61,762 nucleotides of DNA from a virus (lineage: Duplodnaviria > Caudoviricetes): positions 1 through 61,762 of IMG/VR virus record IMGVR_UViG_3300020182_000034, one strand, 5' to 3'. Made by a program: the position numbers and the translations under genes. Each line of letters opens with the position of its first letter. The stretch's first letter is position 1. The notes under the pieces were generated by a model that saw nothing but the letters and a program-made list of their open reading frames with translations, had not been told where the DNA came from and made no database searches. Below, piece after piece: positions 47,608 through 56,442 of this stretch.

Positions 47608-49502
47608 ATTTCGAATTGTATTTTATCTTTTCCATTATGCATATAGTTAAGTATTCTTTGCGTTCCAATAAAAGGCAAGAACGCGACTTCAAAGAATCCA
47701 TCGTGATCTCTCTGCCCCTCCATCACCGTTAAGTTGTCCAAGCTTTTTGTGTAAGGTATAACTTTATGAATAAAAGGGTTGCCGTCGAGAATGTCGAAGT
47801 ATTCCGGCTTGGTGGCGAAATATATATTGTAATCTGGGTATGTTAACTTTATGTTCTCCAGTAGGGATGTGCATAAATATATATCTCCAATGCTCTGGGG
47901 CATTGATATTAACAACCTCTTTCCTTCGTCGTCTTTATCTAATATCTCCGAGAAATCTACTTTGTTATTTTTTTTATTATTTTCCGTTGCCACTTGCTTG
48001 AAGTACTTCAATACATCTTTTCTTGGCGAGCTTTCAGATAGTTTTTTCATCCAATGCTTATAGCCGTCGTCCGACTCGTCCAGCTCTACGTCCAATATGT
48101 TTTTGTATATATCCTTGATCCAGTTTGAGTCACTTTTAATTTCTGGAGGTTCATAGTCAGGGTTCTTTGGCTTAACCTTAAAGTCAAAATCCCAGTCAAC
48201 AACCTCTGCCGAGTCAATAATGCCTTCAAGCTTTGAGCCTATAGCTTCTATTCCGTAATTATTAACAACAAATTCTCTAGCCTTCTTCCCTAGGCTTTCT
48301 TTTTTATTAGAGCTCATCCTCAAGACTTTTCTTAATTGGTTAGCTATGCTTTCTGGGTCGGTGCTTGCTTTTATAAATTGCGTTCCAGGCTCTCTATACT
48401 CTGTCCAACTAAGCGGCAATCCTCCAGACTCTTCCGAGCAGGAATCCTCCCCACAGCTATAGTTGGTTGCAAGGGTCACCAGCTCTGTTAGTTTGGCTTC
48501 TTGTATGGGTATCTCTTGTCCACCACTAGTAAAGGGGTGGCAGTATACGTCCATTAAGTTATAGATTTGATTTAATTGAGTTTCGCTTGCTCCGGTTTTA
48601 GTGTCTGGGGTTTTTTGTGATTTCTCGGACCCACAAAAAGGACAGTCCTGGTCTCCCTCTCTAAAGCTCTTTACCTCAAAACTTTTGCATTCCTTGCATA
48701 CATAAGTTGTTAAAACTCGAGATGGGTCAATGCTTTTTTCCTTTATTAATCGAGGTATATCCCAACCTTCCCCCCAGTTTGTGTGGAGTAGCAATTTCGC
48801 GGAAACTTCTGGATTTTTGTCGCAAAAAATTTTAAACCCTTCCAGCAAGTTTGGTACGCTTTTCCTTAATTGGTTTCTAAATACAAAGCCTATAACAAAG
48901 TCATCTTCCAGTTTGAAGTATTGCCTCATCTTGGTCCGCTCATCAACAGGAAGTTTGAAAAAGTTTTTTGAGTCTATTGCTCCATGTAGGGTTTGGACAT
49001 GCTCGTGCCCAATTTCGTTTAAGGATTTTTGGGCGAAAGTGGCCCAGGTGAAGTAGTTCTTAATTTTTGAGGCGTTCTTTATGGCTTCTGGCAGTATAGG
49101 TAAACTGTCAAGCGTTGTCCACACCATGCAGTTAATCTTGTTCCACCATTTTTTTTCAGTAAATCCAGAGAAAGCCCATATATCCTCTATGCCTATATAC
49201 ACATCAGGCTTTTCCCTTTCTATTATTTTGTCTATAGTGTGGGATCCGTAAGAGGCTGCTCTAGACAGTCCTGGATCTTGGCTAATTTTTTGTAAAAACG
49301 CAGCATCGTTAGGTAGTGAACCCTCACATTTCCACGGCAAAGTTTCTAGAGATGGGTCTCCCCATTTTTTGCCATTTGCGAATTCAACTAAATCGTACTT
49401 GCCTGTTTTCTGCAAGTAAAGAAGTATGTTCTTCGCGTTTTTGCCAAAGCCCGTTAAGGCCTTGCAGTGGTTGCTATGTATTAATACTTTTTTTTTGCTC
49501 AT
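47598..49502 (-). CDS. GT4-like glycosyltransferase fused to a zinc ribbon, DUF4214-like segment and GT9 N-terminal lobe
   Basis: TGFG, RNQLRK, IYNLMDVYCHPFTSGGQEIPIQEA; CKEC..CPFC; SIGDIYL..YPD..I.FAT..ILDGNPFIHKVI. Confidence 0.75.
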   Translation of the reverse strand: MSKKKVLIHSNHCKALTGFGKNAKNILLYLQKTGKYDLVEFANGKKWGDPSLETLPWKCEGSLPNDAAFLQKISQDPGLSRAASYGSHTIDKIIEREKPDVYIGIEDIWAFSGFTEKKWWNKINCMVWTTLDSLPILPEAIKNASKIKNYFTWATFAQKSLNEIGHEHVQTLHGAIDSKNFFKLPVDERTKMRQYFKLEDDFVIGFVFRNQLRKSVPNLLEGFKIFCDKNPEVSAKLLLHTNWGEGWDIPRLIKEKSIDPSRVLTTYVCKECKSFEVKSFREGDQDCPFCGSEKSQKTPDTKTGASETQLNQIYNLMDVYCHPFTSGGQEIPIQEAKLTELVTLATNYSCGEDSCSEESGGLPLSWTEYREPGTQFIKASTDPESIANQLRKVLRMSSNKKESLGKKAREFVVNNYGIEAIGSKLEGIIDSAEVVDWDFDFKVKPKNPDYEPPEIKSDSNWIKDIYKNILDVELDESDDGYKHWMKKLSESSPRKDVLKYFKQVATENNKKNNKVDFSEILDKDDEGKRLLISMPQSIGDIYLCTSLLENIKLTYPDYNIYFATKPEYFDILDGNPFIHKVIPYTKSLDNLTVMEGQRDHDGFFEVAFLPFIGTQRILNYMHNGKDKIQFEICT

Positions 49503-50068
49503 TAAAATGGAGCGGAATCGCTGTCAGAGCTTTCGGGTCGAACCTCTTCTTTTTGCTCGTTTTTGTATTTTTGTATATTTTTAATCTCCTCTTTCCTTCT
49601 GTGCTCGTACAGTTTGGACAAGTAAAATCTAAAGAATTCATCAAGATTTTCAACCTCTCCGGGTTCAAGGGGCACTCTAAATGTTTGGCTACCATTCCTC
49701 GTAAATGTTATCCCGAAAGCTGGCAATATGGTACTTTCTCCCTTTTGGTTTTTTACAGATTTATCCCACGGTACGAATTTAATTGAAGTCTTGTTCTCTT
49801 CAAAACTGTGAAAGGCTGAGTACTCATACCTCTTTCGTAGGGCGCTTAATATCCCACCAATCTCAAATTCGTTGAATTTTAAATTTATATTTTTTTCGGG
49901 GTTTTCTTTATTGCCAGAGAAGCTTCCAGATCTTTTTTTATCATCCCAGTTGTATTGCTGGATTGCGCTTGCATAAACGACAGGCTCTTTGTTTCTGTTG
50001 ACACCTATCTTGAAATTAAATGCGCACCCTGCGTTTTTGCTGTTTGGTTTATATAATGTAATACTCAT
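49502..50068 (-). CDS. Whirly/PC4-like ssDNA-binding protein with an acidic PF tail
   Basis: Start moved to ATG 50068; LYK..A, QYNW, LKFNEFEIGGIL, AFH and VPLEPGE pattern; ends SSDSDSAPF. Confidence 0.5.
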   Translation of the reverse strand: MSITLYKPNSKNAGCAFNFKIGVNRNKEPVVYASAIQQYNWDDKKRSGSFSGNKENPEKNINLKFNEFEIGGILSALRKRYEYSAFHSFEENKTSIKFVPWDKSVKNQKGESTILPAFGITFTRNGSQTFRVPLEPGEVENLDEFFRFYLSKLYEHRRKEEIKNIQKYKNEQKEEVRPESSDSDSAPF

Positions 50069-50073
50069 AACAG

Positions 50074-50101
50074 ATAATATGAGTAAAGATAAATTTATCA
50101 A
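50074..50101 (-). promoter_or_regulatory. Sigma70-like promoter TTGATA-N16-TATTAT
   Basis: -35 at 50101-50096, -10 at 50079-50074, ATG 5 nt downstream. Confidence 0.5.
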
Positions 50102-50949
50102 CTATTAATTAAGTCTATATGGTTGCACCAATCTTCTTCGTTGTACAGTGCGTCGTACCTCCTGTAGCTAGATGTCCATATATGCCTCGGCAGGTTGCGT
50201 ATTCTTATTATGTCAAAATGTTTTTTCATCAAGCTTGACGATGGCTCTTGGGATGAGCTGTCGAATTTTTTTCTTTGTTTATCAAAATAGGTTTCAATGA
50301 TGGCGTTACACAGCAGTTGCTCTGGAAAACCAAACTGGGTTTTTCCCTCGCATAATGAATAAGCTCTCTCAAAGGCGTCCTTCATTCTAATTCTTGATCC
50401 AGCAACAATGTGGTCAGACGGGTGGAATTTATGCTGCTTGTCGAATCTAAAATATATATTGGAGGTTATTATCTTGAACCAGTCTTTTTTTGAGTTTCTT
50501 ATTAGTAGGTTTACCAAAGGATCCAGCACTGGAAAGCTCTCATCGGATCTTAATTTAATGCAAAAACTCCCAGAAGCCTCATTGATTCCTGATAGAGTTG
50601 TGGCGTGTTGGTATATCCACGGAGCCTGCTTCCCAGACCTCTTTCTAAACTTTGGGAGGTCTGAATATTTATTTACCACCAACTTGATTTTGCCTTTGTA
50701 CAGATCAAGTTTGCCGGTGTCGTCGTCGTCCCAACAGCTCACTATAACCTCGCCGTACTTCAGATAATCTGGTATTGTCTTTATTGACCTTTCGTTTAGG
50801 GGGCCTTGTATTATTATAGACACGCTTTTTTCGTAGTCACCTATTGACCCTAATAGGTTGCTGTACAGATTGAACGCGAACCTGTCCCATGGGCTAACAT
50901 GGGATTCGTGATTTAAGTAATTGTTAAATAATTCTTTATCATTGTTCAT
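50098..50949 (-). CDS. WavE-like lipopolysaccharide synthesis protein
   Basis: SIIIQGP, EVIVSCW, Q..TTLSG, IKLRSD, FHPSDHIVAG, FPEQ. Confidence 0.7.
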   Translation of the reverse strand: MNNDKELFNNYLNHESHVSPWDRFAFNLYSNLLGSIGDYEKSVSIIIQGPLNERSIKTIPDYLKYGEVIVSCWDDDDTGKLDLYKGKIKLVVNKYSDLPKFRKRSGKQAPWIYQHATTLSGINEASGSFCIKLRSDESFPVLDPLVNLLIRNSKKDWFKIITSNIYFRFDKQHKFHPSDHIVAGSRIRMKDAFERAYSLCEGKTQFGFPEQLLCNAIIETYFDKQRKKFDSSSQEPSSSLMKKHFDIIRIRNLPRHIWTSSYRRYDALYNEEDWCNHIDLINS

Positions 50950-51368
50950 TTTAAATAGTCAGAGCATAGGCCAAAGCATATAGGCCCCGAGTATTCCCTG
51001 GCGTCCTCTACCACTAATACGCTTTTGTTGCAAACCCTTTTTCCTGGATATGTCCATATGAAATTTTTAGAGGTTAACGTATAATCATCGTTTTCGTGCC
51101 AGAAATAATTTAAGACTTTAAACTCTGATAGCAAGTCGATCGCTTCAAGATTTTTGCAATGAATCCACAACTTTCTGAAATTATTAAGCAAAAAGCTTAG
51201 GTCTATTTTATATTGGGGCTCGTCGTGACCTAGCCATATCTTCTTGTCGGCCCAAATATCTATCTCAACGTCAAAGCCTAGGTTTAGAGCTTGAGCTATC
51301 TGGTCGGGACTATTTTCTCTATCTTTGTCTGGGCCAAATACATTACCCCTATGAGCTACAAATATCAT
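50946..51368 (-). CDS. Short glycerophosphodiester phosphodiesterase-like protein
   Basis: VAHRGN..EN..GFDVEIDIW..LGHD..WIHCKN. Confidence 0.75.
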   Translation of the reverse strand: MIFVAHRGNVFGPDKDRENSPDQIAQALNLGFDVEIDIWADKKIWLGHDEPQYKIDLSFLLNNFRKLWIHCKNLEAIDLLSEFKVLNYFWHENDDYTLTSKNFIWTYPGKRVCNKSVLVVEDAREYSGPICFGLCSDYLK

Positions 51369-52725
51369 GTTTTAAAAAGGTGTCTAGGTCTTCCGGGGTT
51401 CCGATGCCCCACATTTTTTCTATATGAAAGGTCTTAACTCTCGCTCCGTCAAGAAGGGCTTCGTTGTATACCGGACAAACGTAAAATTCATTATTAACTC
51501 TTATGTTTTTGTTGATCATTCTTTCCGCATACCTAACATAATCTTCTCCCTTTTTCCAAAAATAAATTCCCACCGTAGCGTGGTTGCTAATAGGCTTCTT
51601 TTCTGCAACTTCCACAACAAAACCTTCTTCGTTTAGTTTTGCGTAACTCCACTTCGGATGAGTGGAATTGAAGGTTAAAATCGAGGCATCTATATCGTCC
51701 GCAGATGATGCATACATATATTGATTGCTGTCCCACTCTACATACTGATCTGAGTTTGCTAAAACAAGAGGTTCGTTATTGTTAATGAGCTCTTTGGCTA
51801 GTAGAGTTGTACATGCCGCCCCCTCAGTTATGCCTTCCACTTGCACTATTTTGCAGTTTGGAGCTATTAAATTCAGAGTGTGCTTTAGGGAGTATTTTTC
51901 GTAGTGTTCTTTTTGCACTATGAATATATGCTGAGCATCTATATTTAAATTCTCCACGACCCTCTGGATCATTGGTTTTCCATTAACATCTATCAAAGGT
52001 TTTGGGAAAGTGTAACCAGCTTGCTCGAATCTAGACCCAGCTCCAGCCATAGGTATTAATACGTTCATTTTGCCTCCTTGCCATTTTGGTGAAATTTCAG
52101 ACTCTTTCTCTGCATTTATTATAGTACTACAAATCTTATCATATGTCAAGTCAGCGCAATCTTTTATCGCACAAAGAAAGCCGCCACTCCTCAACGCGCC
52201 CTTTCTGCCTATGTGGGAGTCCTCGATAATAACCGTTTCGTCAGGATTGGCGCCAGCCTTTATCATGCACTTCATATACACCTCCGCGTTAGGCTTTGGT
52301 TTGCTAACGTCCTCATTGGAATACAAAAAGTCTATATACTCAAAGAAGCCTTTTCTTATTAGCATTAATTTCGACGTCTCTCTTATGGAGTTTGTTGCGC
52401 ATGCAATCTTGTAACCCTTGTTTCTTAACTTTATTAATATAGATTGTATTCTTTTATCTTTTTTATAGGCATTTATCTCTCCCAGTGTTTTCTCCTGCTT
52501 GAGTTGCCAAACTTGATTGTGGCAGTCTTGCGGCAAATTCTTTTCCTTGGTGAGTTTTTTTAGTTTTTGAGTTGTTGTTAATGCATCATATTTGCAAAGA
52601 TGTTCTTCTTTACTTATTGTATATTGATCTCCTATTTCAGAAAGAGCTTTATTGAGTGCAATATAATGTAATTCGCGCGACTCAACTAATACTCCATCTA
52701 AATCAAATATAATTAATTTAATCAT
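51349..52725 (-). CDS. HAD-family phosphatase fused to a sugar nucleotidyltransferase-like domain
   Basis: FDLDGVLV, KPKP, IEDS; then IPMAGAGSRF..PKPLIDVNGKPMI..GIGTPEDL; start moved to 52725 (ATGA overlap). Confidence 0.85.
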   Translation of the reverse strand: MIKLIIFDLDGVLVESRELHYIALNKALSEIGDQYTISKEEHLCKYDALTTTQKLKKLTKEKNLPQDCHNQVWQLKQEKTLGEINAYKKDKRIQSILIKLRNKGYKIACATNSIRETSKLMLIRKGFFEYIDFLYSNEDVSKPKPNAEVYMKCMIKAGANPDETVIIEDSHIGRKGALRSGGFLCAIKDCADLTYDKICSTIINAEKESEISPKWQGGKMNVLIPMAGAGSRFEQAGYTFPKPLIDVNGKPMIQRVVENLNIDAQHIFIVQKEHYEKYSLKHTLNLIAPNCKIVQVEGITEGAACTTLLAKELINNNEPLVLANSDQYVEWDSNQYMYASSADDIDASILTFNSTHPKWSYAKLNEEGFVVEVAEKKPISNHATVGIYFWKKGEDYVRYAERMINKNIRVNNEFYVCPVYNEALLDGARVKTFHIEKMWGIGTPEDLDTFLKHDICSS

Positions 52726-53414
52726 ATGTGATATTGCCTCCAATGTTTAATTCCATGAGTGTTGGATATGTTTAAATATTGTTCAGTTTTCTTTTTTAAA
52801 TTGTAACAGCTTAAATATTTAAATGACAGGGAATTTTTTGATTGATATATTTTATTGTCCGAAGGAAAGAGTCCGTCTGTAGCTGCAACGTTAAATTCTC
52901 TTGATATATAGTTTTGGAATGCGTGTGGGCCTACTATTTGTAATCCCGGGTATATGTTTTTTCCTTTGATTAAGCGAGATACAGAAAGTATTCTTTTTGA
53001 TATAAAATTAATAGCATTAAGGAAAAGTTTACTTTCTTTTTTGCCAGAAATAAGCATGTAGCTTATATTCTTATGTCCAAGGTCAAAGAAAATATTTTCA
53101 TTGCAATCTAATTCTTTTAAGTTTATTTTTTTTGATAAATTAAAAGGTTCCATGTCAAAATCAAACCATATTCCTCCGTTTTTATAAATGTATGAAATTC
53201 TAAAAAAATCAGCTATAGCTGTTCCATTGGTTAAGCAATCATAACTTACCTTTGCTGTGGGGAAGTTTTTGAAAAAGTTGTATACATCTTTATCTGAAAA
53301 GTATTTTACTTCAAAACCATTATTTAATCTTTTCCATTTATCGATAGTTTCTTCGCAGTTTTTGCAGGTTTTTATATCTGGCTTAAACGATGTAAATAAA
53401 ACTTTTGGTATCAT
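52722..53414 (-). CDS. Glycosyltransferase family 32-like (DxD, OCH1-like)
   Basis: MIPK.., ADFFR..IYKNGGIWFDFD, GP. Confidence 0.8.
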   Translation of the reverse strand: MIPKVLFTSFKPDIKTCKNCEETIDKWKRLNNGFEVKYFSDKDVYNFFKNFPTAKVSYDCLTNGTAIADFFRISYIYKNGGIWFDFDMEPFNLSKKINLKELDCNENIFFDLGHKNISYMLISGKKESKLFLNAINFISKRILSVSRLIKGKNIYPGLQIVGPHAFQNYISREFNVAATDGLFPSDNKIYQSKNSLSFKYLSCYNLKKKTEQYLNISNTHGIKHWRQYHI

Positions 53415-54226
53415 AAATTTTGTGGTTGAGATTGTATAAATTCGTTAAATTTTAAACTTTCACTACAAAATTTGTGGTCTTGTAAATATTTAGGGAGCTT
53501 ATTTTTTTCATGACGCTTAAGTGATTTTATCCACTTATTTAAGTTTTGGTTTCCTCTGATAATTAAATTATCTTTTATGTAGTGTGGGAATTTTTTTTTG
53601 TTGTCTATGGTTCTATGTTCTATTTTAAATTTTTGACGAGAAATATTTTTGCTGTAAGATGGGTGGTATATATAAATATCTTTTGGTGTTAGTGGGTTTC
53701 TGAAAATATTACCAGGGTAATCTATATGATTGCAGTGGATTCTAGATGTTTTTACTTTACTTAAATTGAGATTTGATAATTTAAAGAATCTGCCCATAGG
53801 CTTCCATTCTTCGTAAAATTCTAAACCGTTCCAAAATAATTTGTGGGTTGGGTTTACTGAGGTAACTCCTGATTTTAGGATATTAATTAAATCGTCTATT
53901 TCTTTTTCATGAAAAATTTCATCTCCATCTCCGTTGATGTACCAGTCTGGGTTGTATTGTTTTGCTTTTTCTAGGGTAAAATGCCTGTGGTCTACTTGCG
54001 CTTTTCCGTTAAAATGATAAAGTTTGATTTTATTAAGAGGATCTGGTATAGATTTTATATAATCGATGGTATTATCCGAGCTTCTTGCGCTTTTACCGGT
54101 CTTGATGCCGCTTTCCCAACAACCTTCTGTTATGATAATTTTTGAGCAAAAAGAATAAAGACTTAATACGGATTCTCTTATAAAGTCTTCTTCGTTATAG
54201 CATTGTATTCCAGCTACAATTTTCAT
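53411..54226 (-). CDS. Glycosyltransferase family 2-like
   Basis: YNEEDFI, SSDNT, DWYINGDGDE. Confidence 0.75.
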   Translation of the reverse strand: MKIVAGIQCYNEEDFIRESVLSLYSFCSKIIITEGCWESGIKTGKSARSSDNTIDYIKSIPDPLNKIKLYHFNGKAQVDHRHFTLEKAKQYNPDWYINGDGDEIFHEKEIDDLINILKSGVTSVNPTHKLFWNGLEFYEEWKPMGRFFKLSNLNLSKVKTSRIHCNHIDYPGNIFRNPLTPKDIYIYHPSYSKNISRQKFKIEHRTIDNKKKFPHYIKDNLIIRGNQNLNKWIKSLKRHEKNKLPKYLQDHKFCSESLKFNEFIQSQPQNL

Positions 54227-54759
54227 TTTTTCACTAAAGCTGCGATCATTTGACCTCCTTGCGTTTCTTTAATGACTTTGTATTTCTCAAGAATGGATCT
54301 ATAATGTTTTCTGCCTGGGTGCCAGTCATGCATAAAGATAATGCAGTCATTATTTATAAAATCGTACATATATCTAGCGCACTGAGGCCTAGCTCTTCCG
54401 TCTATTAATATTTTTGTGAATTTTTTATTAATTTTCGAACCTGTTTCTATGTATTCTTTGTAGGCTTTGTATATTTTAGTTGTATAGAGTTGGTTCCATT
54501 TTGTTGCGTGTTTTTGATCTGGATCTTCTGGTCTTACGACTGGAACTGTATGCATTGTGACATTTTTTGGCGCAATTTCTTTAACTGAATTAGCCCACTT
54601 AAGGTCTGATTCGATACTATAGTATTCTTTTACATATTTAGGGAAAAACATAGTGCTACCTCCGCAGCCGTATTCCAGCATTACGTCATCTTTATTTAAA
54701 AAACTTAATAAAAGATTAATTTCCCCTCGAGACATCCATGGTTGATTTGGTACATTCAT
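54223..54759 (-). CDS. Class I SAM-dependent methyltransferase (glycan O-methyltransferase-like)
   Basis: MLEYGCGGST, YSIESD..W, ILIDGRAR, IFMHD. Confidence 0.75.
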   Translation of the reverse strand: MNVPNQPWMSRGEINLLLSFLNKDDVMLEYGCGGSTMFFPKYVKEYYSIESDLKWANSVKEIAPKNVTMHTVPVVRPEDPDQKHATKWNQLYTTKIYKAYKEYIETGSKINKKFTKILIDGRARPQCARYMYDFINNDCIIFMHDWHPGRKHYRSILEKYKVIKETQGGQMIAALVKK

Positions 54760-55658
54760 TTTAAGTATTTGTTTATTGCGTGGGTTCTGATTTCATTAAA
54801 GGTTTCATCGTTCCATATAAAGTCATCTTGATAAGAGGTGTATACATCTTGGTCGCACCAACCTGCTTCCCTGAAATTATTAGGTCTACTGTGTTCTCCA
54901 ACTTCCCCTATGTATTCAAAATTATTTGTGAATGTCGAAACTTTAATCATACCTCTTGAAATTAAAGCTGATGATGTACATGAATCTTGACTTGATACTA
55001 TTTTATTTGGATCAATGCCAAATTGTGACATATATTCAAGTATTTTTAAATGCGGTCGAGCTCTATATTCTTGAGGCAATAAAGCCCAAAAACCTTCCAT
55101 GATGTCTAGGATTTTTTGGTAGGAACTTCTTCTCATTGCATAAGCCCACATGTGATCCATTAAAATTAATTTATCTTTATTTTTTTTTTGGTCTTTTAAT
55201 GTAGTTTTTGAATCTAGGTTGTCTATGTAATTGATATATGAATATCTGTGGCTTTTTTTTGATCTATGGTGTTCGCCGAAACAATTGATCATTGCAACTC
55301 TTTCATCATCTTTAAATAATTCAATAAGTCTGTCTATTTGCTGTATGTAGTGAGGCTGTAATACGGAATCATCTTCAATTAATATCAAGAATTCATTCTT
55401 CTTGAAAACCATTTCCCTTGAGAGTTTCATGATTCCTGCTACCCCAAGATTCACTTTTGGTATAAAGTTTTTAGAATGAGGTATTATTTCCTTTGATAGA
55501 TTAATACATTTTTGCACGGCAGGAATTTCTTGTTGGAATCTTGGCGCATCAATAAAACAATAAACTTCCCTGTCCCAGCATTGTGGAGATAGAGACTCTA
55601 AAACTTTTTTGAAATAATCAGGTCTATTATAAGCCGTTAATACTATCGGGGTTTTCAT
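54756..55658 (-). CDS. GT-A fold glycosyltransferase (GT2-like)
   Basis: PIVLTAYNRPDY, FIDAP, NLG, LILIEDD. Confidence 0.75.
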   Translation of the reverse strand: MKTPIVLTAYNRPDYFKKVLESLSPQCWDREVYCFIDAPRFQQEIPAVQKCINLSKEIIPHSKNFIPKVNLGVAGIMKLSREMVFKKNEFLILIEDDSVLQPHYIQQIDRLIELFKDDERVAMINCFGEHHRSKKSHRYSYINYIDNLDSKTTLKDQKKNKDKLILMDHMWAYAMRRSSYQKILDIMEGFWALLPQEYRARPHLKILEYMSQFGIDPNKIVSSQDSCTSSALISRGMIKVSTFTNNFEYIGEVGEHSRPNNFREAGWCDQDVYTSYQDDFIWNDETFNEIRTHAINKYLK

Positions 55659-56442
55659 TGTAGATTGTAGAGTTGTGCCCTTGGTTTTTCCATTTTTTCC
55701 CGCCCTTGCATAATATGGTTTTTATATTTCCAAAAGAATTTGTTCCTGTCAATTGTTTGTACTTGCAGTTTTTTCTGTTCAAATGAACGGTGAGTACAGA
55801 TTCTGGTACTTGAGACATATACTCTGGATAACCTTCGTTTTGCATGAAAGTTAAAGCTTCGCTTACTCCGTTAATACTTAGCATATATTTCTCCATTTCT
55901 CTTGAGTGGCCGATTGCGAATTGGTCGTTTATTTGATTCGGTAGGGAAGCCTTGTCGTAAATAAAGCTGAACGAGAATATCTTTCGCATCTCTTGTTCGT
56001 GGTTGTATATATTTGAGCTCTCAAAAAAAGGCAGTCTAATACATCTTGATCGAATGCAATCTTGTATTTCGTGCTTCTTTATTCTTTCTAAAACTTGAAT
56101 GTCCGGTCTTAGCCTGATGATTATGTCGTACTTAAGTTTTTTTAGGGATTCGTACTGTGTCATTACCTGGTGAGCTGATCTCATGTTTGCTAACATAGGG
56201 ATTAGTCCAGGACTAGGTTTTACCTGAATAGATGGATCTATGTCCAGCAAACCTGGGGTACACGGATCTAGAGAAGTCCAAGATTTGGGTTTGTAATAGG
56301 AGTAGAAGGATTGATAATCCTCGTCGCTCCATGTTGAGAAAAATATATCTGGATTTAGGTCCCTAATTAAGTTGTTGACTATAGAATCCCTGGATGACTC
56401 CCAGTCTCCAAGTTTACCGCTAAAGCATAGTGCTACTTTCAT
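55627..56442 (-). CDS. Glycan-biosynthesis-associated protein (KVALCFSG..RxRPD family)
   Basis: MKVALCFSG, DIFFSTW, YDIIIRLRPD, INDQFAIG, PES. Confidence 0.55.
   Translation of the reverse strand: MKVALCFSGKLGDWESSRDSIVNNLIRDLNPDIFFSTWSDEDYQSFYSYYKPKSWTSLDPCTPGLLDIDPSIQVKPSPGLIPMLANMRSAHQVMTQYESLKKLKYDIIIRLRPDIQVLERIKKHEIQDCIRSRCIRLPFFESSNIYNHEQEMRKIFSFSFIYDKASLPNQINDQFAIGHSREMEKYMLSINGVSEALTFMQNEGYPEYMSQVPESVLTVHLNRKNCKYKQLTGTNSFGNIKTILCKGGKKWKNQGHNSTIYNENPDSINGL

Noticed and set aside
47598-47640. Frameshift fusing the split GT9 halves
   Set aside because: The -1 frame has stops a few codons upstream and no slippery heptamer; the second ORF has its own ATG
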